Part shown: positions 1 to 9,705 of the stretch, one piece after another
How the letters are laid out: every line of letters begins with the position of its first letter
Position numbering within the stretch: position 1 is the stretch's first letter
Source: an uncultured delta proteobacterium
Lineage (GTDB): Bacteria; Desulfobacterota; Desulfomonilia; UBA1062
Direction of reading: 5' to 3'
Length of the DNA stretch: 64,000 nucleotides
Assembly: GCA_963798485.1 (NCBI GenBank)
Contig: CAWCTR010000023.1
Span: forward strand, 32,001 to 96,000
Program-made: the position numbers and the translations under genes
Notes under the pieces: model-generated
What the model saw: only the letters and a program-made list of their open reading frames with translations
Databases searched by the model: none
What the model was told of the DNA's origin: nothing

Positions 1-53
1 CGAATATAACTATACAGATCAGGGGAAAATGAATTCTATGGGAGGAGTTTGCA

Positions 54-551
54 ATGGATGAGAAGATCAAGGATGCCATACATCAGGCATACACCGGTGA
101 ATCGAAGGCCGGCCTCAGGCTCAAGGTCTTTGCAGAAAAGGCGGATCAGGAAGGCTATCCCCAGCTTGCTAAGCTCTTTCGTGTAATATCTTTCTCTGAA
201 GAACTCCATGGCAAGAGGGCCTTGAGGCTGATGAAAGAAATCAAGAGCACTGAGGAAAACCTTGCCGAGAGTTTCGAGTCGGAAACAAGGGTTGCAGGTG
301 TAGCATACGACAGCTTCATTAAATATGCCGAAGAGGTGGATGATAAGGCAGCCTCTCTTTACTTCAGCCAGTCCCGCGATGTGGAAGAGATCCATGCCAA
401 GCTCTATAAAGAGGCCATGGACCATGTTCTCGAGGAAAGGCAGACTACTTATTATGTCTGCGATATCTGTGGATATGTCTCCGACGGGGTTCTGCCTGAA
501 GAATGTCCGGTCTGCGGGGCCAAGAAAGACAGGTTTGTGACTTTCGAATAG
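54..551 (+). CDS. Rubrerythrin family protein
   Basis: GES and two ExxH di-iron motifs (EELH, EEIH); C-terminal rubredoxin CxxCG...CPVCGA; GGAGGAG SD upstream. Confidence 0.93.
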   Translation: MDEKIKDAIHQAYTGESKAGLRLKVFAEKADQEGYPQLAKLFRVISFSEELHGKRALRLMKEIKSTEENLAESFESETRVAGVAYDSFIKYAEEVDDKAASLYFSQSRDVEEIHAKLYKEAMDHVLEERQTTYYVCDICGYVSDGVLPEECPVCGAKKDRFVTFE

Positions 552-564
552 AAGTGATAACCGA

Positions 565-1356
565 TCAGGTAGTGGGCATGGTGGTGAATACCCCCCTCGG
601 GTCCACTTCGGTCCTTAAGAGCTTCAGGGTGTCGTCCGGGATCACTGGTGTCTGAGGGATCTCGCCCTCGGGCTTCAGGAGTTCGAACCCGGTGAACTGC
701 TGGGTAAAGTCAAGAGTCCACCCGGGCAGCAGCGACTTGACCCTCATGCGCTTGGTCACCGGTTCAAAGTCGAACTCGCCGCACTGGGAGATGACCATTG
801 CAGGGCCGTTGCCTATGAGGCCGGCCTCCTTCCGGGAGTTTCCTCCTTTCAGATAACCCACCGAGGTCATGAAATCGACGTTCTTGACGAACTTGTCCGG
901 AGTCTGGACACCTACCAGGACCAGGTTATCGGAGAGTGATGCGAGGTCGTTGTTGCCGCCGGAGCCGGTCATGCGGACCTTGGGGTGGAGGAGGTCGGTC
1001 CCGATCTGGTGGGTGTTCACGTTGCCGTACATATCCACCTGGGCAAAGCCCAAAAAGGCGATGTCGATATAGCCGTTGTAGCACTGGGCAAAGGAATAGG
1101 CCATCTCCATGACGGCAGGTGCCTTGCGCCAGGTGAACGGGCAGCCCACGGACCAGGGCATGTCGCCTTCTATGGGGTCCTGGCCGCCTGATTCATAGAC
1201 CATGGTGATGTCCGGGGCATGGGTCCTCTTTGCCAGGATTGCCGCCACCATGGGGATTCCGGTGCCGATATAGACGATCTTATGGTCGTGGATCTGTTTT
1301 GCAAGGATGTATGCGAGCATCTCCAGCGGGTTGGCAGGTGCGTTCACGTCTTTCAT
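565..1356 (-). CDS. Family I CoA-transferase beta subunit (glutaconate CoA-transferase B-like)
   Basis: IGTGIP, YESGG (catalytic Glu position), AQVDMYGNVN, GSGGNND motifs; follows the alpha subunit. Confidence 0.88.
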   Translation of the reverse strand: MKDVNAPANPLEMLAYILAKQIHDHKIVYIGTGIPMVAAILAKRTHAPDITMVYESGGQDPIEGDMPWSVGCPFTWRKAPAVMEMAYSFAQCYNGYIDIAFLGFAQVDMYGNVNTHQIGTDLLHPKVRMTGSGGNNDLASLSDNLVLVGVQTPDKFVKNVDFMTSVGYLKGGNSRKEAGLIGNGPAMVISQCGEFDFEPVTKRMRVKSLLPGWTLDFTQQFTGFELLKPEGEIPQTPVIPDDTLKLLRTEVDPRGVFTTMPTT

Positions 1357-1371
1357 AGTGCCCTCCAGTCT

Positions 1372-2460
1372 TTAGTAATAAAGCCCGGAATCGTGTGTCC
1401 GGGTGTATTCTTCGTATGAGAAGTCGATGTCCTCGTGGTCGCCCTCGGCGGCCTTGGTCTGGATCCTTGCCTCGGCGATCCACTTGGCCCCGCCCAGCTT
1501 GTCCACGAACTCGAACTGGTCCTTAACGCCGTGGACCCATTCATCAAAGAATACCTTGAGGTTTTCGTCGCTGGAGCAGCCCAGCCTGATCAGTTTCTCC
1601 CACCACTGGCGGGACCAGTAGTAATAGCCGGGCATATTACCGGGGACTGCCCCGAAGGGCATCTCCACCACGGCATCCGCATAGAAGAACGGGATGATAG
1701 TCCCTTTTCTGCTGCGGATGTCGGACTCGGGCACGATCTCTTCGGCCGTGATGATGAGCTTTCGTGCCGCAGAGGAGGTTGCCACATCATTGACCGTGGG
1801 GCCATAGATGTATGCGTTGCCGTACTTGTCCGCAACCTGGCAGTGGATGATGGAGACATCCGGATAGAGCGCCGGGATGAAGACAACCGGATCCGGGTCT
1901 TTCTTCAGAGGGTTCTGCACGACTTGGATGTACGGATTATATTTGACTATGTCCGAGCCGAGCATCTGCTTGCTGAAGATACCGGGCGTGCCGAGCTGGG
2001 CTGCCTTGAGCCCAAGGGCCACGCCCCCATGGCTCCACTCTGAAAGGATCTTCACCCTGCCTGCCCTGAGCATGCGGTCGTAGTTCCGGTCAATACCCCG
2101 CATCTCTACGCCCACGTAGGAATTGTGCGAGTAATCGACGTTGTTGTTGAAGATCATGAAACTGTGGTTCGTGTTCGGCGCACCGATGCACTGCAGGTTC
2201 TTCTTTCCCTGGCGCATGATCTCCCAATAGGCCTGGTGGGGTGTCCTGACATAGGCAAACCCGGAATCGGTCATGACATCGCCGTCGGTCACAAAGGTTG
2301 CGATCGCATCTTTGAGTGACATCCTCTTGTCAACCTTTGCGTGTTCCTTTTTAAGATGGGCTTCCCGGGCCGATTCGAAGTCCACGAGTCTATCGAGGAT
2401 GCTTGTGTCTTCGATCTTGAGATTATTGAGAGCCTCTTGGTTATACTGAAATGAACTCAT
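1372..2460 (-). CDS. Family I CoA-transferase alpha subunit (GctA-like)
   Basis: MSLKDAI..VTDGD, LGSDI, PALYPDVSIIH..ADKYGN, PFGAVP motifs. Confidence 0.88.
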   Translation of the reverse strand: MSSFQYNQEALNNLKIEDTSILDRLVDFESAREAHLKKEHAKVDKRMSLKDAIATFVTDGDVMTDSGFAYVRTPHQAYWEIMRQGKKNLQCIGAPNTNHSFMIFNNNVDYSHNSYVGVEMRGIDRNYDRMLRAGRVKILSEWSHGGVALGLKAAQLGTPGIFSKQMLGSDIVKYNPYIQVVQNPLKKDPDPVVFIPALYPDVSIIHCQVADKYGNAYIYGPTVNDVATSSAARKLIITAEEIVPESDIRSRKGTIIPFFYADAVVEMPFGAVPGNMPGYYYWSRQWWEKLIRLGCSSDENLKVFFDEWVHGVKDQFEFVDKLGGAKWIAEARIQTKAAEGDHEDIDFSYEEYTRTHDSGLYY

Positions 2461-2502
2461 GTACTATTACCCCCTTGGTTTCCCTATAGTCTTTATAGAC
2501 AA

Positions 2503-2518
2503 AGCGAAAACTATGCCA
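2503..2518 (-). promoter_or_regulatory. sigma54 (-24/-12) promoter of the CoA-transferase operon
   Basis: Minus strand TGGCATAGTTTTCGCT = GG-N10-GC, about 43 nt before the ATG at 2460. Confidence 0.7.
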
Positions 2519-2644
2519 TGAGGCTTCGTAGTTGGAAATATACAGTAACTGCCAAGTAATGTTTCGATTTATTTCTATTAAAGATAGTTGAGAGATACCG
2601 GAGATGCAAGGTATTCCCTTCGTGCCAGAGGGCATCAGACCATA

Positions 2645-3988
2645 TTATGGTGCTTGCCCCATAATATCGCCCATAGCAGGATTATTTTTCTTGATGGCCT
2701 GCCTGAAACTCAACAGGTTACCAAGGAACCCCCACTGGCGATACTCAGGTGTTTGTGTTGTGGAAACCAGGAAGGACAGCGAGAATTTTTGGGCGTCCCC
2801 CTTCTTCTCAATATATATCGTACGCCAGAGGATGCTCATCTCAGACGATGACCCATCCGAGGCGCCTTCGGCAATACTGAGAACCGGACCCCAGACCCGT
2901 GAAAATCCATCATCGAAAAAGAGGGGTAAGAGGCAGGGGAGGTGCCACTCACTGTGCTCGCCTTCCTGGAGGGTGTAAAGGAATGGCCAGAGGATCACCC
3001 TCTTGGATGTCTGTCCATCTGAGGCCGTCTTGTTTGTAAACCAGTCCATCAGGAGTATGGTGAGAGTCTCTTCATCAGAGCCGGTGTCTTCTTCGTGCCA
3101 CGAACCCTTGTACCACAGGGGCCATAAGAGATATTCCTTGGAATAGGTCCTGCCATCAGACTTCGTCCAGTATAACGGGAAGAACTTGATCTCTTCATAT
3201 GCCCCTGTAGCTATGCGGAAAATGGGCCAGGGGAAATCCACGCTCATATGGTGAGCCAGGTCGTCTCGGTTGTAGTTGAAGAAAGGCCAGAGGATGGATA
3301 TATTCCGGTAAGTGGGTCCCCGGTCATACCGGAACAAAGGCAGGATGGCATCCATTTTATGGTTATCCGGGCCTCTTGACTCTTGGATGAACGGCCAGAG
3401 AAGATATTGGGATTGCGAATCTTCCGATTTCTCCCATCCGTAGAGGGGAAAGACCCTGAAGAGCCTCCCCTGGCTGTAGGAAAAAACGGGCCAGAGAAAG
3501 GTGTAGGTGGTCTTCTCATCGAGGGTTGTATCGGCATAGAGCGGCAGGAGGAAGAAGCGGGCCCTTGTATAGCCGAACCGGTGATACATGGTTCCATAGA
3601 CAGGAAATATACCCCAATAGGAGGTGTCTTTATATCTCCCATAAAATACAGGGAAGATTTCTGTGTGCTCCTGGTCCTCCTGTTCCTTCTGATCAGTATG
3701 CCTGTAGAGGGGAAAGAAGAGGCCGCGCTCTTTTGAAAAACTGCCGAGGGGATAGAGGATGTCCACCTCCGAAGTATCTCTGTCCATGTAGTAAAAAGGT
3801 CTTATTGCCCTTATATGGTCAGAGAATTCAAGGACAGGGCCAAAACCGCGGAATGTGTGCTCACCACCTTGTGATTCGTATGAAAAAAAGGGATCGGCAT
3901 CGACCTGGCCGGCATATACCGGCAAAGATAAGAGGGGGGGCACGAATAAGAGGAGACTCAAGCAACGAAAAAACAGCCTGTGGTTCAT
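2645..3988 (-). CDS. Secreted hypothetical protein built of aromatic-proline (FFPLY/LWPF-type) repeats
   Basis: 447-aa ORF 4 nt after mlaD; signal peptide ending VYA; about 17-20 hydrophobic-Pro-aromatic motifs. Confidence 0.8.
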   Translation of the reverse strand: MNHRLFFRCLSLLLFVPPLLSLPVYAGQVDADPFFSYESQGGEHTFRGFGPVLEFSDHIRAIRPFYYMDRDTSEVDILYPLGSFSKERGLFFPLYRHTDQKEQEDQEHTEIFPVFYGRYKDTSYWGIFPVYGTMYHRFGYTRARFFLLPLYADTTLDEKTTYTFLWPVFSYSQGRLFRVFPLYGWEKSEDSQSQYLLWPFIQESRGPDNHKMDAILPLFRYDRGPTYRNISILWPFFNYNRDDLAHHMSVDFPWPIFRIATGAYEEIKFFPLYWTKSDGRTYSKEYLLWPLWYKGSWHEEDTGSDEETLTILLMDWFTNKTASDGQTSKRVILWPFLYTLQEGEHSEWHLPCLLPLFFDDGFSRVWGPVLSIAEGASDGSSSEMSILWRTIYIEKKGDAQKFSLSFLVSTTQTPEYRQWGFLGNLLSFRQAIKKNNPAMGDIMGQAP

Positions 3989-3992
3989 TCTA

Positions 3993-5018
3993 TTACCAGA
4001 CGAGGCCTAAGATCGTCCCCATAACGGTGATCGGCGTTTGTTCCTCGATGCCTTGGGCCGCACGGTTTGCACTATGGAGGGTCTCTTTCAGGCTCACATA
4101 AACCTCGTCATCTTTTATAAGATGCCCGATGGTTCCCCTGCCTGATGCAATATCATCGGTGATCACCTTCAGGTTCTTCGTTGTTTCAGCAAGGTCGTAA
4201 TAGAGAGTGTTGTCATTCATGAGCATGCCCAGAGTGCCGTTTCCATTCATCCTGTCCATCAGCAGTTGGGCCGACTCCATGAAATCCACCATAGAATTGT
4301 AGAGCGATTCGTCAGTGACAAGCTTTCCCAGCGATCCCTGACCGGAGCTGATGGTACTGACCATTTCGTCGATATTCTTGCTTGTACTCGTAAGGTTATG
4401 GGAGACCACGGTAAAATTCTCGGTGAGATCCTTCATGTTTGACAGGATGTCCGTGATGTTTTCTTTATTCTCAGCTACAAGGGATGAGGTGTTCGCACTC
4501 AGATCGCGCAGGTTGACTACGATATCCTTCATTACTTCAGGATCACCAAAGGCCTCATTGAGTGATGCACTCAATTCAGTGAGGTTACGGGCAAGCTCGC
4601 CGACCTGTATGAGCAGCGTGTCCATCGACGGCGGAACCTTTGTCCTGGCCAGGTTTCCTCCGGGATCAACAAGATTCTTGGATACCCCGGGCGTTAAGAT
4701 GATTATCTTATCCCCCAGCACGCCCTTTGTCCCGATGGAGGCCGTAGAGTCGATGGGGAGTTTTATATCCTCATCGAGTGCAACGGAAACTACTGCCGAG
4801 TAATCCTTGTTCAGAGAGATCCCCGTCACCTTGCCGACCTGCACCCCTGCCAGTTCGAGGATGGAGGAGACTTTAAGTCCTTCAACCGTGGAGAATGACA
4901 TGGTGATCGGGTATGTCCCTTTCTTCGTCAGGTTCAATTCCCCGATCTTCACGGAGAGGACTAAGAAGATGATAAGGATAAAGACAACAAAGATACCGAC
5001 CCTTGCTTCGTTGCTCAT
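3993..5018 (-). CDS. MlaD/MCE family protein with long helical C-terminus
   Basis: N-terminal TM (EARVGIFV), GLKVSS..LAGVQVGKV, GVLGDK MCE motifs; three GxG[ST][LI]GxL..D..[LV]Y repeats. Confidence 0.9.
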   Translation of the reverse strand: MSNEARVGIFVVFILIIFLVLSVKIGELNLTKKGTYPITMSFSTVEGLKVSSILELAGVQVGKVTGISLNKDYSAVVSVALDEDIKLPIDSTASIGTKGVLGDKIIILTPGVSKNLVDPGGNLARTKVPPSMDTLLIQVGELARNLTELSASLNEAFGDPEVMKDIVVNLRDLSANTSSLVAENKENITDILSNMKDLTENFTVVSHNLTSTSKNIDEMVSTISSGQGSLGKLVTDESLYNSMVDFMESAQLLMDRMNGNGTLGMLMNDNTLYYDLAETTKNLKVITDDIASGRGTIGHLIKDDEVYVSLKETLHSANRAAQGIEEQTPITVMGTILGLVW

Positions 5019-6631
5019 GGAAGAATCCTTTTCTTGAGCTCATCACTGTCTTTTTTGTCCTTCTTGATGAGTAGGTTGATCTTCTCCTTTAAGGCGTTGT
5101 TCACTGACCGGTTAAGGATAGACGACTTGAGGTAATAGTCAAGGGCCTTGTCCGTCTGGCCTAAGCCTTTGAGGATATCTCCCATATGCTCATTCACGAT
5201 AGGGTCGTCTTTCAAGGTCTTCAGTACCGTTTCCATCTTCACAAGCGCTTCTGCAGGCTTGCCCATTTTAAAGAGCACCCATGCCATGGAATCGAGGATG
5301 AAGGGATCATCAGGCTTCATCTCAAGGGCATCCTTGATCATGGAATATGCTTTATCCAGGTTCACACCACGGTCCGCCCATACATAACCGATAAAGTTCA
5401 AGGCAATGGGGTCTTGCGGATCCTTTTCGAGTAGATTCTCGGCTATTTTTAACCCTTCATCCTTCCTGCCCATTGTATCCAGTTCGGTTGCGAGCTGATA
5501 GCCGATTTCGTTGCAGGTACCGAGATCTGCGTAGTCTTTCCACGCAGATTCCAGCAGGACCACCGCCTGGTCGGTTTTGTTCATACTCTTGAGGATGGAG
5601 GACTTGAGCATGGTGATGTCGCACCCCAACCTTCCTGTAACAGGTATCTCCTTGAGTATGTTCAGCGCATCCTCGTACTTTTCAAGGCCTGCATAACCCA
5701 GCGCTAGGTAGTACTTGTCATCGTCGGTTATCTCTTTCAGGCCTTTGATGAGTATCAGGGCATCCTCAAACATACCTTCCTGGAGTTCGAGGATAATGAG
5801 CTTTCGCAGGAGCAGGCCGTCCGGGGCCACCTCAATGAGTGACTTCAGGTGGGTTATGGCGTCTTTGTAGCGCTTGTGATCGATATAAAAATCAACCAAG
5901 GCAAGATGCGCCTCATTAGAGAACGGGTCTACATCTAAAAGCTTGCGATAGGTTTCTTCCGCCTGTGCCTGTTCGCCCAGGAGATTCTGAATCCGGGCAA
6001 GGTCGATATATGCAGGTACGAAGTCAAGCCGTGCATCGATGGCCTTTTTTAGGTTTTCCTTGGCGCAGGTGAAGTCCCGAGCCCCCATACATGCCTTGGA
6101 TAGGGTGTAATAAATGATGCTGTCATCACCCTTGCCGATCAGACCCTTGAGGGTGGCCTGGGCCTGCTTGAAGTCACCAGTGATGATCTGAAGATTGGCA
6201 AGAAACAGTCTGATCTGGGTGTTATCAGGGTATTTCTTGACAAGGGCCTCGGTATCTTGGATTGCCAGTTGCCAGTTGCCGTCTTTGGCGTAGATCCTGG
6301 TCCTCATCTCCAGGGCGTCACCGATATACGTTCCCTCATCGATAACCTTCTTCAGCGAGGCAAGGGCTGTAGCGCTATCTTCCAAGATGAAGTAGATCCT
6401 GGCCTTTGCGAGCCAGGCAAAGGGATCTTCAAGGCGTGAATACAGCTCTAACGCCTTTAACCAATTCCCCTGATTCTCCTCATACCTTCCGAGCATCATG
6501 ATGAGGTTCTTATCCTGTACTGTCTCATAGGGTGATTTCTCGACAACAGGGGCATGGGCGCATCCAAGGAGCAAGCCAAGAAGCACTATTGCAACAGCGG
6601 ATCTAATGTGAAACAGAGAATACAATGTCAA
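5015..6631 (-). CDS. TPR-repeat lipoprotein
   Basis: Lipobox LLGC; many TPR-like repeats; ALNFIGYVWAD...ILDSMAWV...EHMGD C-terminal signature. Confidence 0.85.
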   Translation of the reverse strand: MTLYSLFHIRSAVAIVLLGLLLGCAHAPVVEKSPYETVQDKNLIMMLGRYEENQGNWLKALELYSRLEDPFAWLAKARIYFILEDSATALASLKKVIDEGTYIGDALEMRTRIYAKDGNWQLAIQDTEALVKKYPDNTQIRLFLANLQIITGDFKQAQATLKGLIGKGDDSIIYYTLSKACMGARDFTCAKENLKKAIDARLDFVPAYIDLARIQNLLGEQAQAEETYRKLLDVDPFSNEAHLALVDFYIDHKRYKDAITHLKSLIEVAPDGLLLRKLIILELQEGMFEDALILIKGLKEITDDDKYYLALGYAGLEKYEDALNILKEIPVTGRLGCDITMLKSSILKSMNKTDQAVVLLESAWKDYADLGTCNEIGYQLATELDTMGRKDEGLKIAENLLEKDPQDPIALNFIGYVWADRGVNLDKAYSMIKDALEMKPDDPFILDSMAWVLFKMGKPAEALVKMETVLKTLKDDPIVNEHMGDILKGLGQTDKALDYYLKSSILNRSVNNALKEKINLLIKKDKKDSDELKKRILP

Positions 6632-7259
6632 ACATCTCCTTTAGGGTCTTTCCAGGATCACCAGCGCCAAAGATACTTGATCCGGCTACTATATTATCTA
6701 CACCCATCCGTGTAAGATTGGCTATATTATCCTTATTAATCCCGCCGTCCACCTGCAATTGAATCGTCCGTCCCGTAATCATTGTTCTCGTATCTGCGAT
6801 CTTGGGTATCACCTCATCGATGAAGGCCTGCCCGCCGAACCCAGGGTTTACACTCATAATAAGAACCAGGTCGATGTCATTCAGGCAATGTCTGATGGTG
6901 TCCAGAGGGGTGGAGGGATTCAAGGCAACGCCTGATTTCAGACCTCTTACCCTGATCATGCTTAATGTCCGCTGGAGGTGCCTTGTGGCCTCTACATGCA
7001 CCGTTATGCCGTCAGCGCCTGCCTCGATGAAGTCGTCGATGTACCTTTCAGGGTCCATGATCATGAGGTGGCAGTCAAGGAATGCCTTTGTAGTCTTGCG
7101 GATGCCCCTTACTACGACAGGCCCGATGGTGATATTCGGGACAAAAATACCGTCCATTACATCCACATGGATCCACTGCGCCCCGGCATCCACAACGGTA
7201 TTGATGTCGCGCCCCAGGTTCGAGAAGTCGGCTGAGAGAATTGATGGTGCAATGATCAT
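6603..7259 (-). CDS. rpe: Ribulose-phosphate 3-epimerase
   Basis: IAPSILSADF, HVDVMDG, DCHLM, MSVNPGFGGQ, VDGG. Confidence 0.97.
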   Translation of the reverse strand: MIIAPSILSADFSNLGRDINTVVDAGAQWIHVDVMDGIFVPNITIGPVVVRGIRKTTKAFLDCHLMIMDPERYIDDFIEAGADGITVHVEATRHLQRTLSMIRVRGLKSGVALNPSTPLDTIRHCLNDIDLVLIMSVNPGFGGQAFIDEVIPKIADTRTMITGRTIQLQVDGGINKDNIANLTRMGVDNIVAGSSIFGAGDPGKTLKEMFDIVFSVSH

Positions 7260-8197
7260 AGTGCTTCCTTATGCCCCAATATTGCTTTGTCGGCCTTCAA
7301 TCCGCACGAAAAAGCGGGTGCATCAAGGGCCTTCTTCCCTTCGAGTTGAAGAATTTTTGGGATTATATACCCTCCACGGCACGCAATCTTCACCCCGGAT
7401 TTTTCCTTCAGGAGCGTCCCATACAGAATACCATGATCTTCTATCTCGTAAGACCCGCTCATGATCTTTAGCATCTTCCCCTCCAGGTACGTGTAAGCGC
7501 ATGGCCACGGGACAAGCCCCCGGATCATGTTATGAATGAACCTCGGATCCCTACCCCAGTCGATCATGCCTTCTTCCTTGGTGAGCATGGGGGCATATGT
7601 TGAGCGTGCATGGTCTTGTTGGACCGGCCTTATCTTTTCCTCTTCAATAAGTGCAAGGGTTTCCACGAGCTTGAAGGCCCCAAGGGCGCTCAGCCTAAGG
7701 GATAAGCGCTCTGCATCGTCTGTGGCATTTATGGGGATACTCGCCTGCAAATAAACCGGTCCGGAATCCATGCCCTCATCGATCTGCATGATGCTGATGC
7801 CGGTGGTCGTATACCCTGCCATGATGGCCCGGTTGATGGGGGATGAACCCCGGAGGTCGGGCAACAGTGAGGCATGGATATTGAGAAAACCTATTCTCGG
7901 GATAATAAGCATATCAGTCGGGATCATCTTCCCATATGCCACAACGATCACCGCATCGAGCTTCGAGGCTGCAAAAAGGTCTTTGATCTCAATGTTGTTT
8001 TTGAGTGCCTGGGGCTGATACACCTTCAAGCCGACCTTTTGGGCCAGCTCCTTTACAGGAGGGCTCTGCAGGTGCATTCCCCTTCCTTTGGGTTTATCGG
8101 GCTGGGTGATGACGAATGCAAGGTCATGCCTGGATTCCAACAGGGCCGAGAGGGTTGGTACGGAAAAAACCGGGGTGCCCATGAAGGCAAGTCTCAT
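7256..8197 (-). CDS. fmt: Methionyl-tRNA formyltransferase
   Basis: FMGTP, TQPDKP, NIHASLLP, MDSGP; directly after def. Confidence 0.97.
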   Translation of the reverse strand: MRLAFMGTPVFSVPTLSALLESRHDLAFVITQPDKPKGRGMHLQSPPVKELAQKVGLKVYQPQALKNNIEIKDLFAASKLDAVIVVAYGKMIPTDMLIIPRIGFLNIHASLLPDLRGSSPINRAIMAGYTTTGISIMQIDEGMDSGPVYLQASIPINATDDAERLSLRLSALGAFKLVETLALIEEEKIRPVQQDHARSTYAPMLTKEEGMIDWGRDPRFIHNMIRGLVPWPCAYTYLEGKMLKIMSGSYEIEDHGILYGTLLKEKSGVKIACRGGYIIPKILQLEGKKALDAPAFSCGLKADKAILGHKEAL

Positions 8198-8694
8198 AGT
8201 GTGCCCTTTTTCCTCTTCTTCAGATAGAGGGCCCGTTTCAGCGATGAGGCGTAATCCAAGATGACCTTTCCATTGAGGTGGTCGATTTCATGCTGAAATA
8301 TCCGTGCAAGAAACCCTTCCGCCTCTATGCTGATCTCGTTGCCCTTGAGGTTTACACCCTTGACCAGTATCCTTTCAGCCCTCTTCACATCCACCGAGAC
8401 CTCGGGAACGCTCAGACACATCTCACTGTCCTCTACAGATCCCTCCTGCTCCACTATTACAGGGTTCACCATGACCAGGAGACTATTGGATTCCTTTTTC
8501 GCCGTGGGGTCAACCATGATGAGGCGCTTGGAGCACCCTACCTGGGGGGCGGCAAGACCCACGCCGGGGGCTTTGTACAGGGCCTCTATCATATCGTCCA
8601 CAAGCATCATGATGTCGAGGTCGATATTTTCGATCGTTACAGCCTTGGTCTTCAGGGCGGGTTCAGGGTAGATAAGGATCTCTTTACGCGGCAT
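8194..8694 (-). CDS. def: Peptide deformylase
   Basis: GVGLAAPQVG, EMCLS (EGCLS variant), QHEIDHLNG. Confidence 0.96.
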   Translation of the reverse strand: MPRKEILIYPEPALKTKAVTIENIDLDIMMLVDDMIEALYKAPGVGLAAPQVGCSKRLIMVDPTAKKESNSLLVMVNPVIVEQEGSVEDSEMCLSVPEVSVDVKRAERILVKGVNLKGNEISIEAEGFLARIFQHEIDHLNGKVILDYASSLKRALYLKKRKKGTL

Positions 8695-8702
8695 ATGAAA
8701 TT

Positions 8703-8731
8703 AACATAGTTCCATTGATCTATGCTGTCAA
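8703..8731 (-). promoter_or_regulatory. sigma70 promoter of the def-fmt operon (probably leaderless)
   Basis: TTGACA-N17-TATGTT, then 8 nt to the ATG at 8694; no SD. Confidence 0.7.
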
Positions 8732-8892
8732 GAAATTGCATTTCCTTGAGGTTTTCCTGAATCGGGGAAGAGCGGCGGGTTTCTGTAGGTGAGGTATTGC
8801 CTGCATGTATTGTTATGCCTGCAGGCCTTGCACACCTCCAGGGCGACCTTGGGCCTGCTCTTTCGTTTCAGGCATATCAGATAGACCATCAT
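8728..8892 (-). CDS. Small 54-aa Cys-rich protein (C-x13-CxxC-x5-C), absent from the ORF track
   Basis: MMVYLICLKRKSRPKVALEVCKACRHNNTCRQYLTYRNPPLFPDSGKPQGNAIS; ATGA overlap with the upstream stop; fills the gap before the def promoter. Confidence 0.7.
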   Translation of the reverse strand: MMVYLICLKRKSRPKVALEVCKACRHNNTCRQYLTYRNPPLFPDSGKPQGNAIS

Positions 8893-9704
8893 GGCAGGCT
8901 ATACCCTAATGCTGCAAAGGCGTCATCCAAATGTTTCTTCGGGAGTTCAATGCCTGTGAGAAGCTCGAAATTTCTGCTGGTCTGGTGATAGAGCATGGCG
9001 TGGCCGCCGATGGGCTCAAACTTATGATGAACAGCCGCCTCGGACAGTGCGGTGGGCCTCACGATGGTCTCCAGAATGCGCGTACCTTGCGCAAACCCGG
9101 ACAAGTCGAGCCCGAGGGGAATCTGATCCGCTATGGGAGTTGCCTGCACGACGAGCCCGACTTCGGAAAGGGGCTCTCCTTCATATATGCGTACCGGGCT
9201 GCCGGCAAAGAGGCTGCACAGGCGCAATGCCCCCTCGCGCGAGCGGTTCATTATAAGCACCTGCTTCGCGCCGGAATGCAGCAGTGCATCCACAATAGCA
9301 CGCGCTGCACCCCCTGCGCCGATCATCAGGCATATGGCGTCTTGGACATTTCCCAGGGCCGCTACCGCACCCGCTCCGTCAGTATTGTAGCCGGACAATT
9401 GCCCGGCTTCATTCCTCACCACCGTATTTACCACGCCGATCCGGGAGGAAACCTCACACAGGCTGTCCACGAGGGCAGCCACGGCCTCCTTGTGCGGTAT
9501 GGTCACATTGAACCCGCCAAGGTTGCACCACCCTGAGAATGACCTTATTGTCTCCGGTAGAGAGCCGGGCAGGATGTCGTGGCTTATGTAGGCCATATCG
9601 AGGCCCATGGCATTGAAGATGTGGTTGTAGATGACAGGGGCCGTAACATGCATGGATGGGTGGGCGAGGATGGTGTAGACCTTAGTACTGCCTGTAATAA
9701 CCAC
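8889..9704 (-). CDS. Shikimate dehydrogenase-family oxidoreductase (non-canonical AroE paralog)
   Basis: NVTIPHKE, VNTV, GYNTDG, GAGGAARA; start moved to GTG 9704, right after the cobB stop. Confidence 0.85.
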   Translation of the reverse strand: MVITGSTKVYTILAHPSMHVTAPVIYNHIFNAMGLDMAYISHDILPGSLPETIRSFSGWCNLGGFNVTIPHKEAVAALVDSLCEVSSRIGVVNTVVRNEAGQLSGYNTDGAGAVAALGNVQDAICLMIGAGGAARAIVDALLHSGAKQVLIMNRSREGALRLCSLFAGSPVRIYEGEPLSEVGLVVQATPIADQIPLGLDLSGFAQGTRILETIVRPTALSEAAVHHKFEPIGGHAMLYHQTSRNFELLTGIELPKKHLDDAFAALGYSLP

Positions 9705-9705
9705 G

